Assembly: GCA_913020725.1 (NCBI GenBank)
Contig: CAJWCD010000038.1
Location: 1 to 26,726 of the forward strand
DNA: 26,726 nt
Direction of reading: 5' to 3'
DNA from: an uncultured Pseudomonadota bacterium
GTDB taxonomy: Bacteria; SAR324; NAC60-12
Within the stretch, counting starts at the first letter, position 1. Every line of letters starts with the position of its first letter. The notes below the pieces were generated by a model. It saw only the letters and a program-made list of their open reading frames with translations. It was not told where the DNA came from and made no database searches. Of this stretch, positions 26,433-26,726 are shown piece after piece. The position numbers were made by a program, and so were the translations under genes.

Positions 26433-26589
26433 GCATCCTAGGACAACAACGATTCGAATCTGACGATAAATTTTGCAGCAAAGAATGTTTCCTACTTGGC
26501 CTCCAGTCTCAACGAATAATCCCTTTAGCCCACACACGCTGGTTGCCGAAGGGTGTCCAACCCGATAGGATTGTTGACCTCTAGGATGC
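26433..26589. repeat. About 157-bp segment bounded by inverted repeats containing CTAG
   Basis: GCATCCTAG (26433-26441) and CTAGGATGC (26581-26589), with CAACAA/TTGTTG just inside. Confidence 0.4.
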
Positions 26590-26653
26590 TGCTTTCACGG
26601 CACCTTGGTTCCTACAACTCCATTGTAACCTTGCAACCCCCATCGGGAACGCC

Positions 26654-26726
26654 ATGTCCAGCAACTTCAGCGACTCGCACGTCATCCGCAAGCCCGCCGT
26701 TTCATCCAACGGGGGCATCGTTGCCT
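26654..26726 (+). CDS. Probable gamma-glutamyltransferase family protein, 5' end (partial)
   Basis: MSSNFSDSHVIRKPAVSSNGGIVA resembles the N-terminus of cytoplasmic GGT-family proteins. Only 24 codons are visible. Confidence 0.55.
   Translation, partial: MSSNFSDSHVIRKPAVSSNGGIVA

Noticed and set aside
26393..26584. 63-aa + strand ORF
   Set aside because: It has no recognisable motif and overlaps the inverted-repeat-bounded segment.

Overview
Bacterial catabolic region of moderate-to-high GC with no rRNA, tRNA or CRISPR array visible. It has four blocks. (1) 176-3162: two convergent, tail-overlapping FGGY sugar kinases, one fuculokinase-like and one XylB. (2) 3268-6983: a patchwork of a decayed IS3-type transposase end, an EI24/CysZ-like membrane gene, a frameshifted DUF433 antitoxin, a REP-like palindrome and a coupled isovaleryl-CoA dehydrogenase/FolM-like SDR pair. 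(3) 7042-14915: a divergent GntR-centred acid-sugar locus. The - arm is TctCBA, an enolase-superfamily enzyme with non-canonical catalytic residues and a TIM-barrel epimerase-like protein; the + arm is GntR, a PdxA-like dehydrogenase and an AraD-like dehydratase. (4) 14986-26157: a 13-gene - strand operon for an unknown, probably aromatic or N-containing, substrate (Rieske oxygenase, small accessory protein, NMT1/SsuA-type ABC transporter, cupin, two SDRs, alpha/beta hydrolase, IclR, ThDP enzyme, aspartate-dehydrogenase-like protein, extradiol-type VOC enzyme). This operon has no intact reductase but carries a 37-codon ORF resembling a scar of one. The window ends in the start of a probable gamma-glutamyltransferase. 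All calls come from motif recognition by eye; no database searches were run.
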